Below, piece after piece: positions 34,560 to 46,300 of a stretch of DNA of 64,000 nucleotides. A program made the translations under genes and the position numbers. The number at the start of each line of letters is the position of its first letter. Position 1 is the first letter of the stretch. Source of the DNA: Callorhinchus milii (Eukaryota); NCBI RefSeq assembly GCF_018977255.1, contig NW_024705126.1, forward strand, positions 1 to 64,000. Direction: 5' to 3'. The notes below the pieces were generated by a model, which worked only from the letters and a program-made list of their open reading frames with translations, did not search any database and was not told the origin of the DNA.

Positions 34560-35690
34560 ACCCGCTCCGACAGGAAATCTGTGAAACGGATACTCTGACC
34601 GCACCATCCGCCAAGCTGTTTCTCCCACCATACAGAAACAGCCACTTGAAACTCCGATCAAAACTATCACGTTGCCATACATAGCAGGCGTGACCAAAAA
34701 GATCTCCAAAATTCTAAACAAACATAAGATCCAAGTCCGATTCAGTACAGTACATAAAATGCGTGATCTAATTCCATCTGTGAAGGATGTCATCCCTGAC
34801 TTGCAATACCCTGGAGTCTATAAACTGAGTTGCAGCTGTGGTGATTGTTACATTGGGGAAACGAAACGTCATGTCTCTGATCGTGTCCGCGAGCACAAGT
34901 CAGATTTGAAAGACGGCAAAATTGAGTCTTCCGCCGTTGCGGATCATTGCTACAACGCGGTGGGCTCTCATGATATTGTTTTTTCCGAGACCAAGGTGCT
35001 CTGCAAACCCTCTGGCTACCATCAATGGTTTGTACACGAAGCCATTCAGATATACAAATACAGACATAATTCAACCGTGTTGATGGGTACAAACTTAGTA
35101 ATGATTGGAAAGATGTTATTAACCATGCAAAAAAGATTTAACTACACATTTTTGGACCATCTTATCTGACAGGCACTATTTTACTTTACCGAGTGTTAAC
35201 ATCCCCAGCGTTAAACAGTACTCTCTTTATTGTCAGCCAACACTGGTATAAACAACATGGGCATTTTCGTTCTCTTCTATCATGTGCACCAACAGGTGCT
35301 TGTGCACAGGCATGTCCACGTACACCTTGTGCTCTCTTTTAGCCCCCCCCCCCTTCCAATACGTTATCATGCGCACCAACAGGCACTTGCGCACAAACAC
35401 GTCTACGTCTACGTGCACCTCGTGCTCTCTTTTAGCCCCGCCCCCTCCCTCCGATACGTTCCATTCATTGGCTACCACATTCTGATAAGCTCCCCCTCTC
35501 CTCCCCCTTAACTGGTATTTAAGAACTTACATCTTGGAATCCCTGCCTCACTTGATACAGCAAATCTGGCTGTGACGGTCCCACCTGATGACGGAGACTT
35601 GTGTTGCCTCCGAAACGTCGTGATTTTTTATTTTTTTATGAATTTTAATTTCATTTTTTACCTACGTGACGTTACCGAAAAAACTAAGAG
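34560..35690 (+). mobile_element. 5'-truncated Penelope-like element: GIY-YIG endonuclease region plus 3' repeat
   Basis: ORF 34672-35169 reads LPYIAGV...GVYKLSCSCGDCYIGETKR...REH...SAVADH. It is followed by a ~90-bp tandem duplication, a hammerhead motif and the shared tail. Confidence 0.88.
35581..35623 (+). ncRNA. Minimal type I hammerhead ribozyme motif with intact core
   Basis: cac-CTGATGA-c-ggagac-ttgtgtt-gcctcc-GAAA-c-GTC-gtg; predicted cleavage after GUC at 35619. Confidence 0.7.
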
Positions 35691-36224
35691 TGTGAAAAAG
35701 AGCTTTATAGCTCATCAGATTCCTCCAGTAGAAATAAATAAATATTCTGATTACGGCACGTTGACTGATTTGCTGGTGCGTGACCAAGCACTGGAAGTGT
35801 CCGAGAGACGTACGGATATATTTGTGAAAGCAAAACCCTAAAAGTGTGCAAGTCTGTGCTTAGCGACGCTTGGGGGGCTCATGATCGTACCTATGGCATA
35901 GGGAGACGAGACAGAAGACTGACCAGGTGATACATCTAGCAGAGGAATTGGACGAGGAGATGACATTCGCAGTACATCACAATCGATGCTCACTTTTGCT
36001 TAGATTTGTCAAATATGGTAAGATCAGGCCCATTCTAGGTGACTGATATTTTAGTCTACTCTAACCAGTGTGGCGAAATATTTCATTTTTACTATTTTAT
36101 TTACCAGGTAAGGCCCACTGAGCAATACTGTATAGATATTTTTCAGAAGCGACCTGGCTATCACAAAGTATTCCTATTCAAAATTGTTTTTTGGAAATGT
36201 AGAGCAGCCAAATGCTCTAAACGC

Positions 36225-36350
36225 ACGTACATGTTAAATGTGGACACAGAACCCGGGAAAAAAATTCCACAACCACAGGGAGAACATGCAAACTCCAAAT
36301 ATACAGGCTCCTGTATACCAGGCGAGGTAGTTACCATATAGCCACCGTGG
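36225..36350 (-). mobile_element. V-SINE-like fragment
   Basis: cagggagaacatgcaaactcca is the reverse complement of the V-SINE core. Confidence 0.6.
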
Positions 36351-36691
36351 ATTAATGGGACGGCATGAAGACGTTTTCATCCAGCAGTGAATTTATAAAG
36401 GACTGTAAATTATTTAATTTTACAAAATAATGTTATTTAAAAAAAATCCTGTTTTGATTTATAAAGTTTATCAAAAAATGTTACCCATTTGGTCGATTTT
36501 TCATGAAAAGTGAAGTACTGTACCACTGAAGGGGTTGGTTTTCCACATTGTAACATGTTCATATACCACCATCATCCATTTGTATTTTATTTAACAGCCA
36601 CTCTTGTAGATGTCATTCTTCATGGATCTACTCATTCCGTATGCTCGCGAGACTGTTGTAAACCTATTTAATCCTCAATCACTCACAATGT

Positions 36692-37004
36692 GCCTTTGAC
36701 GAAATCACCCAGAATGCATCCAAGATGGTCACATCTTGGAAGCTAAGCAATGTTGATCCTGGATAGTGCTTGTATGGGTGACCACCGCACACAAATCAGG
36801 TGATATAGGCTTATGTGGGACTACGTTGACTGCATAGCATAGTGCAGCAAATAAACGGTTGTACAGTCCTCTGCTCCAACGCCTGAACTCCCTGCCTTCC
36901 CGCAACCTGTGCTGACCAGCTGGTCAATGCGGTCAAATAACTCGACTTGACTTGCAAGGTGTGAGGAGACCCTCATCCAGCGGTGGAATGACAAAAGCGG
37001 TTGA
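36692..37004 (+). mobile_element. 5S rRNA-derived SINE-like element
   Basis: 36692-36812 aligns end to end with 5S rRNA (gcct...atcttggaagctaagca...cctggatagtgcttgtatgggtgacc...caggtgatataggctt). A ~190-bp body follows, with tail ccctcatccagcggtggaatg. Confidence 0.7.
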
Positions 37005-37139
37005 AAGTGCACCTAATATATCATACATAATGTGGTGTTAAAAAAATCCACTGATGTGAAATATCATACTAATTGTCTGGGCTCCACCTCACTGATTGCA
37101 CAGTATTCCCATGTAATTTGCAGTCGCCCAGACACATAT

Positions 37140-37289
37140 CTCCATGTGAGCGTTCGTAATGAGAGACACGTGACCACAGAACCACGAGAGCGTTATTGGA
37201 CACGTGATACCCGAAACGTATAAAAGAGGGGGTTCGCGCGCGGCGCACTGAGCTCTCTGCTGCGGACATCCAGTGGCACCACGGTGAGT
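37140..37289 (+). promoter_or_regulatory. Putative OR3 promoter and non-coding exon 1
   Basis: TAATGA at 37157, CACGTG x2, ATTGG, TATAAAAG at 37219 and donor acg|GTGAGT at 37284. A polypyrimidine tract precedes acceptor caccAG ending at 38733. Confidence 0.7.
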
Positions 37290-38265
37290 TTATACAGCGG
37301 GGCTTGGGCGGGTGTTTAATCTGCACTCTTTCACGCCTCCTAAGCTAAAACATGTTTTAATAACGTTTGTACGTTTGCGTGGTAATAACATTCCGTGCGT
37401 ATTACGTCTCTAAAAAAATAAGCATGTTTAGTTTCATCCAAAATAAGACGCCTGATTTTACGTGTAATTTACCAGATTACTTCAAAAATATTCTTAATGT
37501 TTATTGAATGCAGTGTGGTCTCAGAGTACGCAGTCTGACACTTGTGACTCGGACTATTGCTACACGCACGGAGCGGGAAGCAAGGAGTCACATCACCCCA
37601 CCATCACGCGCACGTGGATTTGAGGGCGTGTAACTATATCGCCCGCGCAATAAACGAGTCAAAAGAAATGTGTTCCATCTGACCTGGATGTTACCGATGA
37701 TTCGTGAATCATTTGCTGGACAGTACTGTACATTATTAAACATTTACGTACATTTATATACATTTCTTTCCACTCTTACAATTTTTTACTGTATTGTATG
37801 TTAACAAAACGTGTCAGAAATTTTCACTTTTGGAAATGCATTTTCAATACTTGACTTTCCATATCTGCACATTTTAATAAGCGCTTCATTTTGTAGTTCA
37901 TGAAATCTCCCACCATAAATACTTTGTAGATACAAGACAAAACCATTTGAAATTACAAAGTCGATACGTGAGACTGCGAATAAAAATTGCTGACATTGAA
38001 TGAATCCACTTCAATACAATCAGGGTACAAACACTCTTACTCAGCACAATCATCATCATTAGCCGTGATCAATCTAATGATTAATGGATTTCAAACGCTG
38101 TCGTCAAATCTTACATTCTGATGCTAAAACACATTTAGGTCCTGAACCTGAGCCAGTTTCATAAATCCATCTTTGCAGTGGATATCCAATCGGGCGAGGC
38201 CACTCGTTGATCGGCACCACTATAGTATTTTATAGCAACGGGTCCTCGAGAGAGAGCCTCTAGTG

Positions 38266-38566
38266 CAGGGGTGGGAACCTTTTTTTCTGACAAGAGCCAT
38301 TTGGATATTTATAACCTCATTCGCGGGCCATACAAAATTATTAACTTAAAAATTAGCCTGTTATATTTGGTCAAACATTTAATTAACTCGCCCCTAATGT
38401 GATGGCTGGAACTGGTATTGATGATGTTGCTACTCGCAACTGCTTTTCCGGGTTTTCTCCTAGATTGATTGAATTTCGAGTCCCGCCTGCGGTTGCCTTG
38501 GCAGGGTCAGACCAAATGATTTCGCGGGCCTTATACGGCCCGCGGGCCGGACGTCCCCCTCCCCTG
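38266..38566. mobile_element. hAT/Charlie-type MITE in the putative OR3 intron
   Basis: CAGGGG...CCCCTG termini and an 8-bp TSD ctctagtg/ctctagag. The empty site ctctagag is present upstream of OR1 and OR2. Confidence 0.85.
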
Positions 38567-38752
38567 CTCTAGAGGGTATTTGTTCTACTCTTCCACTCTG
38601 ACCAGACCTATTGGAACAGGTAGTGGTACTCACCCTTTGCCCCAACATACGCAACCTGTAAGTATTATAATAAATTGATTATAAATTTCATTTAAAACAA
38701 TCCCCTCCTTCTGTGCCTCTCTTCGAACACCAGTTGTTGATCAGCGTCGGCA

Positions 38753-39730
38753 ATGGAGAAAAATAGCTCGGCGTTCTACCTCTCCACGTTCGAAGCCTCG
38801 TACTCCGTGCAGATGGTCATCTTTGGCCTCTGCCTGCCGCTCTATGCGGCCACAGTTGTAGCCAACCTGCTGGTCTTCTTGGCGGTGCTCATGTGCCCCG
38901 AGCTGCACAAGCCCATGTACTTGTTCCTGGGAAACATGGCGATGGCCGACATCGTCGGCTGTACAAGCATCGTGCCCAAGCAGCTGCAAATCCTGCTGAC
39001 GGGCGACGGCGAAATCCTGCGCGAGTCTTGCCTCATGCAGATGTTTTGCCTTCACGTGTTCTGTAACGTCGAGGTGCTGACGCTATCGGTCATGGCTTTT
39101 GACCGTTATGTGGCCATCTGTCACCCGCTGCGCTACCACACCATCATCACAGCCAAGAAGACGCTCGGTGTGCTGATGCTGATGTGGATGGTCACCTCGG
39201 CGGTTTTTGGGGCCCTCACATTCCTCGCCGCCCAGCTAAAATTCGGCAATAATCGGAAAATCCAAGGAATTCTGTGCGATAACATGGGAATGATTTTGTT
39301 GGCTGAATCGGACACCAATATTAGTTATGTATACGGCTCGATAATCATGCTGATCTTTTTTATCTTACCACTTGTTTTCATAAGCTACAGCTACTTAAAG
39401 ATATTTATTGAGTGTCGCATTAAACGATCTACTGAGATTACCAAGCACGGTTTGAACACTTTGCTGACACACTTCTTGGCGCTGTCGATGTTTTTCTTCG
39501 CGATTTTTGTTTCCGCCTTAACGCCTCGTTTCATCAAAGATTTCAACACCCCCGCTCTGCGAAACATGAGGTGCCTTTTCCAGTTCGGTGCGTTTATTGT
39601 GCCGATGGCGAATGTGCTGATCTACTGTATACGCACCAAACAGCTAAGGAAAGGAATGAGGATGTGTTGTAAAAATGCATTCTTTGGTACACTTTTTCCA
39701 ACATTTTCAAAAGTCTCAAATGTAAGTTAA
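38753..39730 (+). CDS. Olfactory receptor OR3, intact 325 aa
   Basis: Single-exon ORF with seven hydrophobic segments and motifs LHKPMYLFL, MAFDRYVAICHPLRY, LLTHF and NVLIYCIRTKQLR; N-glycosylation sequon NSS near the N-terminus. Confidence 0.95.
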   Translation: MEKNSSAFYLSTFEASYSVQMVIFGLCLPLYAATVVANLLVFLAVLMCPELHKPMYLFLGNMAMADIVGCTSIVPKQLQILLTGDGEILRESCLMQMFCLHVFCNVEVLTLSVMAFDRYVAICHPLRYHTIITAKKTLGVLMLMWMVTSAVFGALTFLAAQLKFGNNRKIQGILCDNMGMILLAESDTNISYVYGSIIMLIFFILPLVFISYSYLKIFIECRIKRSTEITKHGLNTLLTHFLALSMFFFAIFVSALTPRFIKDFNTPALRNMRCLFQFGAFIVPMANVLIYCIRTKQLRKGMRMCCKNAFFGTLFPTFSKVSNVS

Positions 39731-42700
39731 ATTCAGTTTTCAAGAGAAACCGACCGTAGGACACCATACATATGAACTGGAGAACTTCCACTGTTCGAAT
39801 GTTATTTAGCAAGCTACTGTAATCATGTATCCTTAAGCTTACATTTTAATGAAAAAATACACGAGTGGCAAGTTATACGAAAGCTCATCTCTTACCCTCC
39901 ATGCCCCACCTCCACCAACTTACACTGGCGAGAATGGCCAAGTCTGGTCAAAAGATCCAATGATCGACAGTGTGGGAAGGCTTTCATTCACTGATTTATT
40001 GAGAATGCTTGGAATGATGTTAACACAAATATCACGCACATGTCCTTTGCAATACTTACGTAAGGAACCACTGCTTAAGTGTAATATTCGAGTGCGATGT
40101 GTAACCGTGGATTATGGTGTTGAGTTAAACAATACCCTATGAAGGCTGATACATTTAATGTAAATGTGTTCAATTGTTTAAAAAAAATGTTTTTTAGTTT
40201 GCTTAGTTTTGAGCTGCATTTGTTGACAATTGTTTTTGAGTACAGGCAGAGCTCGCCGGACGTTACGTTCTTGGAAAATGCCGTGTTGGGCAAAATGCGT
40301 TCGACAAATAATAGACGTTACGGGGAAAATCGAGTTGTGTTCCTTGGTTATAAATGATCACTCCCTCATTGTTTAATTAATGCTCCGATATTTGCCTCCC
40401 TTGTTATAATAGTAAAGGATGCTGAGTCGCTCTCCATGTCTTTTGTGTGTGTGTACACTTTATTTTATAATTCCACCTCGACATAAAACCACCGTCTCCA
40501 TTCATCTTCCTGCACCGCGGCACTCACGCCCGATGCTCGCCCCTGACACTCACTTGTTCACGGTTCGCCCTCTGGGCATACATATGACTCGTGTCAGCAA
40601 CTGGACGGTTTGGTGCAAGCGGCAACGCGGGGACATTTGCGTTGTGCATTTATCCGGGAGCGTGTTGATTCGCCATCGAGGCGTCCGTCTGACTGACGAC
40701 CTTAACGAGTGGACAGCGAGATTAAGGCGGCAAAATGTGTGTGGACATTTGCGTTGTGCCAGTTGTGCATTTTGTGTTTAGATTATCACGCGAAAAAACA
40801 TACAACCGCCATTCGCCACTAAGTGGCGGTCACGTCACCATGGCGCTTGTGCCAGACTAGATGCACTTTAAGGCCACGTGAAAGTGTTGAACGCCCGCTG
40901 GCAGGTCACAGGACAAACCCTGGTGCTATGGGTTGACAGATGACTGGCCGGTGCGCCATCTTTGTTTTATATGCCCGGCGCTCCGCTCGTTGTTGTGAGC
41001 ATCATTCTCCTGCCCTCCGTTGCTGGAGGGCGTCTGCCTACGAACTGTCCAGTTGTGTCCTTCACGAGCCTCCTCCACAGAGGCGATCTTGACACCAGTC
41101 GTACCAGTCATTGGTAAGTCGTCCGCTCAATTTTCTCTTGTACCACATAATTCCATCTCTTCTTTAACCTGTGCCGCGCCCGTTTAGCCCTCTCTATCTG
41201 GACAAACAATAGCTGTTTGGGCATGCAGTGGCTTGGCATGCATTCTATGTGAGCCAGCCAACACAGCCTTGCCTGTTGGAGAAGCTTACCGATGGGACTC
41301 CAGATATTTCTAGGATTTGTGCGCTCCTGACAATCCAGCCTGGTTAAACCGATGATGGATCAAAGCAGGCCAGCCTGAATGTATACACACACACACACAA
41401 GCATGGTAAATAAATCACAGTCGATTCATTCACACCTATTGGATGCAACACTCTTACTGTTCGACGTAGAGATGAGAATCCGAGCAGAGTTTGAACGGCA
41501 TATACAGTGAGGGGAAAAAATATTTTATCCCCTGCTGATTTTGTACGTTTGCCCACTGACAAAGAAATGATCAGTCTATAATTTTAATGGTAGCTTTGTT
41601 TGAACAGTGAGAGACAGAATAACAACAACAAAATCCAGAAAACGCATGTCAAAAATATTATAAAATGGTTTGCATTTTAATGAGGGAAATAAGTATTTAA
41701 CCCCCTCTCAATCAGAAAGATTTCTGGCTCCCAGGTGTCTTTTATATAGGTAACGAGCTGAGATTAGGAGTACACTCTTAAAGGGAGTGCTCCTAATCTC
41801 AGCTTGTTACCTGTATAAAAGACACCTGTTCACAGAAGCAATCGGATTCCAAACTTTCCACCATGGCCAAGACCAAAGAGCTCTCCAAGGATGTCAGGGA
41901 CAAGATTGTAGACCTACACAAGGCTGGAATGGGCTACAAGACCATCGCCAAGCAGCTTGGTGAGAAGGTGACAACAGTCGGTGTGATTATTCGCAAATGG
42001 AAGAAACACAAAAGAACTGTCAATCTCCATCGGCCTGGGGCTCCATGCAAGATCTCACCTCGTAGAGTTGCAATGATCATGAAAACGGTGAGGAATCAGC
42101 CCAGAACTACACGGGAGGATCTTGTCAATGATGTCAAGGCAGCTGGGACCATAGTCACCAAGAAAACAGTTGGTAACACACTACGCCGTGAAGGACTGAA
42201 ATCCTGCAGCGCCCGCAAGGTCCCCCTGCTCAAGAAAGCACATATTCATGCCCGTCTGAAGTTTGCCAATGAACATCTGAATGATTCAGAGTGTAGTAGG
42301 TTCAATGAGACTTGGACGACGTAGTCGGAGGCACACTTATTTATTAAACGTTTCACTCAATACAGGCCAAGGTATACAACACTCGAAGGGGTATCGGCCC
42401 CTTCACCCATCTAACAGGGAGATCCCACTATCTCTATCCCGGCTAGCCTACTCCCAGGTCCTCCACTACAGAGCTAGGGGAGGCTAGCTGATCCAGCTCT
42501 GGCCAAGCTAGGATCACGGCACCCTTAGTCACCAGACCGGCTCTTACAAGAGCATCGGCTCTGGGCTCTCGGGCCACGCCACTGGCTTGCCCTGGTCGGT
42601 CCTTAGAAGGACAGCGATCCAGGGGAGTCCCAGGGCCTATCTAGCCGGTCTTCCTTCTTCACTGGTTTAAGCTAAACACTGAACCCCGAGCCCACCGGCT

Positions 42701-43365
42701 CACCGCCTTATATAGCAACTCCCCCCCCGAGGGGTGGGGCCGTGGGGGATCACAGCGCCGTTTCAGCCCCCCAGGCTAAACGATGCGGACGTGGATGTAA
42801 GCATCCTTCCGCGTGCGGGCATAACCACCCCTGGTGTGTTTGTTCGCCCTCCCGTAACACCTCTACATCACCCCCCCCCCTGTACAGCCCGCAGCCGTCC
42901 CGGCTGCAACAAAATTCACAATAAAGATGCATCCCCCCAAACCCGTGTGTGCCTCGCGTAACTAACATCAACAACAACAACAAATAACAACAACACTACG
43001 AGAGAGAAAAAATAACCCGACGCACCCCCCCCAATAAATACCCCATCCCGTAAGAAACCAACATATGTACAATTTCAAGGTCCCCCACCCCGCGACCCCA
43101 GCAAGGGCTGCACGAGCGGCCGACCTCACAAAAGTCTGCGCGTTTTGGCGCGCGTTCTTGCAGCGGGACCATCACAAGGGGCAGCCCCGGTGGGTGTCAA
43201 TAGTTCGGGTGCGAGAGTGTCTGGCTTCGCCGACGAGCGACCCCCGACCCCCCGGGAGGGGTTGGCGGTCGCGAGCACGTCAATCCTGGTGCACCTGGAA
43301 GCGGAACAGTCGGTGGCAAGTCAGGCGAATGCAGCGAAGTCGGACTCCGGAAGTCGGTGGACCCC

Positions 43366-46300
43366 TCACATGTTTGGCCATGCGTGTGTGTGGAGAGGAA
43401 CATGGGGCGCAACGAACGGTTTCAACCGCGAGGGGTGCACGAACCACCGACGCTTCCCCCACCGGATACGTACACATTGTGGCCGCAAGACCTGCACCAC
43501 TTCCACGGGCCCCCGCCACGGCCGCAACAGCTTGGACGAGGTCGCCAGCGGAACTTGGGGACAGTGCAACCACGCCTTGTCACCCGGTTTCCACTGGAGC
43601 ACATGTACCCGGCCCAGCTTGAGCCTTTCATTCGCCCTCTGGCGGAGGTCTGAATTTTGGATGGCCGCCTCCCGCGCCTCTGTCAATTTAGAGATGTTGA
43701 ATTTGACATGGTCGGCCAATTTGGATTTAGCATGCGGCGCGGAGATCCGCAGCTGAGTCGCGACAGGCGGGTTAGCCTCGCGACCGTACATTAGGAAGAA
43801 GGGCGAAAATCCGGTCGCCGCATGAGGAGCCATTCTGTAGGCCGCCAAAACCCCCGGAATATGAAGGTCCCAGTCGGTCTGGGATTCAGACACCTGTTGA
43901 GACAGCATGGACGTGATAGTCCGATGCAGACGCTCCACCATCCCGTCAGTTTGCGGATGATATGGGGAGGTACGGATTTTTTTCGTACCCAGGAGCTCGC
44001 ACACCTCGTGGAGAAGTTTACCCGAGAAATTTTTCCCCTGGTCGGTCAGCAGCCGCTCCGGAGTACCTTTGTCGAGGACGTAGCCCTGGACAAAGGCCTC
44101 CGCGATGGCTGCTGCCGACTGGTTGGCGAGGGGCCAGGCCATAGGCCATCGCGTAAAATATTCCACCCCGGTCAATAGGTATTTATTTCCCCTAGGTGTA
44201 GCGGGGAATGGGCCCAAAATATCAAGCGCGACGAGTTCGTTAACCCGGGAAACCTTGATAGACTGCAATGGTGGGTTGGACCCCTTGCTGGTGGCTTCCG
44301 TTGCGCGCACTGAGTACAAGACCCTAAAGATCATCCACGTCCCTTGCCATGCCCGGCCAAGAAAAATCCAGCTGGAGCATGGCAAGGGTTTTGTGAGTCC
44401 CCAGGTGCAGGAGTCGCTCGTGAGCAGCCCACACCACTCTACCCCTCAGTGTGGAAGGCACCACCAGCCGGTGGCGGCGGGATCTCCCGTCCCAATGCAT
44501 CAAGAGACCCTGGAACAACCCCCACGAGTCGACATTTTCCACCCCCCGACCAGATCCCCCGATGCGACGGCGCAACGCGAGGAGGGAGGTGTCCTCCATT
44601 TGGAGGCGCCCCCACTCCGCAACAGACAATCCCAGCAAGGAATCCCTCCCTTCTTGCTCAATAGGACCCGCAATTGAAGGCGCATCAGCGGCGGCCGCAA
44701 GGACCGAATCAGAGATTACATTCGGAGGTCTGCAACGCCCCGAACCCAGGAGGCAAGCGCACTCGGAGGTGGGCGGCAAACGCGACAGAGCGTCTGCGTT
44801 CGTGTGGCGAACGCCCTTACGATATGTAGTCTCGAAATCGAAATCTTGGAGAATCTCCAACCATCGGGACAATTGTCCCGATGGCTGTTGAACCCGCAAG
44901 GCGTACTGCAGCGCCGCATGATCTGTGCGGACGGTGAAATGGCGACCGTACAGATATGGGCGATATTGCTGAATGAAGTAAACGATTGCCAATAGTTCCC
45001 GACGGGTGACACAGTACCTCTGCTCCGCCGGAGACAAAACCCGACTGCCGTATGCTACCACATGCTCTACGCCCCCAACAACCTGGGAAAGCACGCCCCC
45101 AATGCCCGTGTTGCTTGCGTCCGTATCGAGCAAGAAGGGTTTCGAAAAGTCGGGATAACTTAATGGCGGAGCCCCCACTAGGGCGTCCCGGAGGGAGCGA
45201 AAAGCAGCCTCCTCCTCCTGCCCCAGTGAAACTTGACCCCCTTTGATGTCAAGGCATGTAAGGGTTTAGCAATCGTCGCGAAATCGGCGACAAACCGTCG
45301 GTAATACGACGCGAATCCAATAAAACTCCTGACCTCCCCCACCGAGGTGGGAGTCGGCCAGGAGCTGACACATTGCGTTTTGGCGGGATCTGTGGCAATA
45401 CCTGACCGTCCGACAATGTGGCCCAAATACCGCACCGATTCGCGGAGCAAATGACATTTCTGCGGCTTGAATTTCAAATTAGCAGCCCGCATTTTGAGGA
45501 AAACAGCCCGCAACCTCTGGAGGTGTTCGTCGAATGTTTTACTAAAGACGATGATATCGTCTAAGTAAATCAAACAAGAATCCCATTGCAACCCAGCCAG
45601 GACCAATTCCATTAATCGCTGGAAAGTTGCCGGCGCTGAGTGGAGCCCCATCGGCAAGCGGTTAAATTGGAATAGGCCGTGCGGCGTACGGAAAGCTGTT
45701 TTGGTTTAGATTCATCATCCAGAGGGAGCTGCCAGAACCCTGACAGTAAATCCAATGTGGAGAAGAACCGGCCCCCGCCAGGGCGTCAAGCGATTCATCC
45801 ATCCGAGGGAGCGGATATGCGTCGGCTACGGAGATCTTGTTTAGCCGACGAAAATCAACACAAAACCGCAAGGAGCCGTCGTGTTTTTTAACTAACACGA
45901 TGGGTGCACCCCAAGGGCTGGTAGAAGGGGATATAATATCCGCAGCTAGCATGTCGTCTACGGCCGATTTGACATGATCCTTTTCGGCGGGACTCAACCG
46001 AAAAGGATTTTGGCGGATTGGCGCGCTGTCACCCGTGTCAATATGGTGTCGCAGCAGTTTAGTACAGCCAATATCATATTTGTGTCGACTAAAAACGTCG
46101 GAAAAATCGCGCAGAAGGGTTCGTAGCTTATCACGCTGTGAGTCGGACAGGTCCGATGATCCCGCACAAAGCGCATCCAGCCACCCCTCATCACGGTCCG
46201 AATGCGGTTGCGACGGAGGAGCGGTGCTCACTGTCCAATGACCGGTTCCTCACAGGGTACCGGCGTTGCGTGCGCAAGCACGGTCCCTTGAGGAACCACA

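Noticed and set aside
36692-36812. Functional 5S rRNA gene
   Set aside because: Heavily diverged from 5S, not in a tandem array, and attached to a SINE-like body.
37500-37800. LTR-like insert in the putative OR3 intron
   Set aside because: It is absent from the OR2 intron and has AATAAA, but I could not define termini or a TSD.
40400-41500. Possible LTR or other repeat downstream of OR3
   Set aside because: Repeat-like (41130-41185 resembles 50880-50930), but no boundaries or family could be supported.
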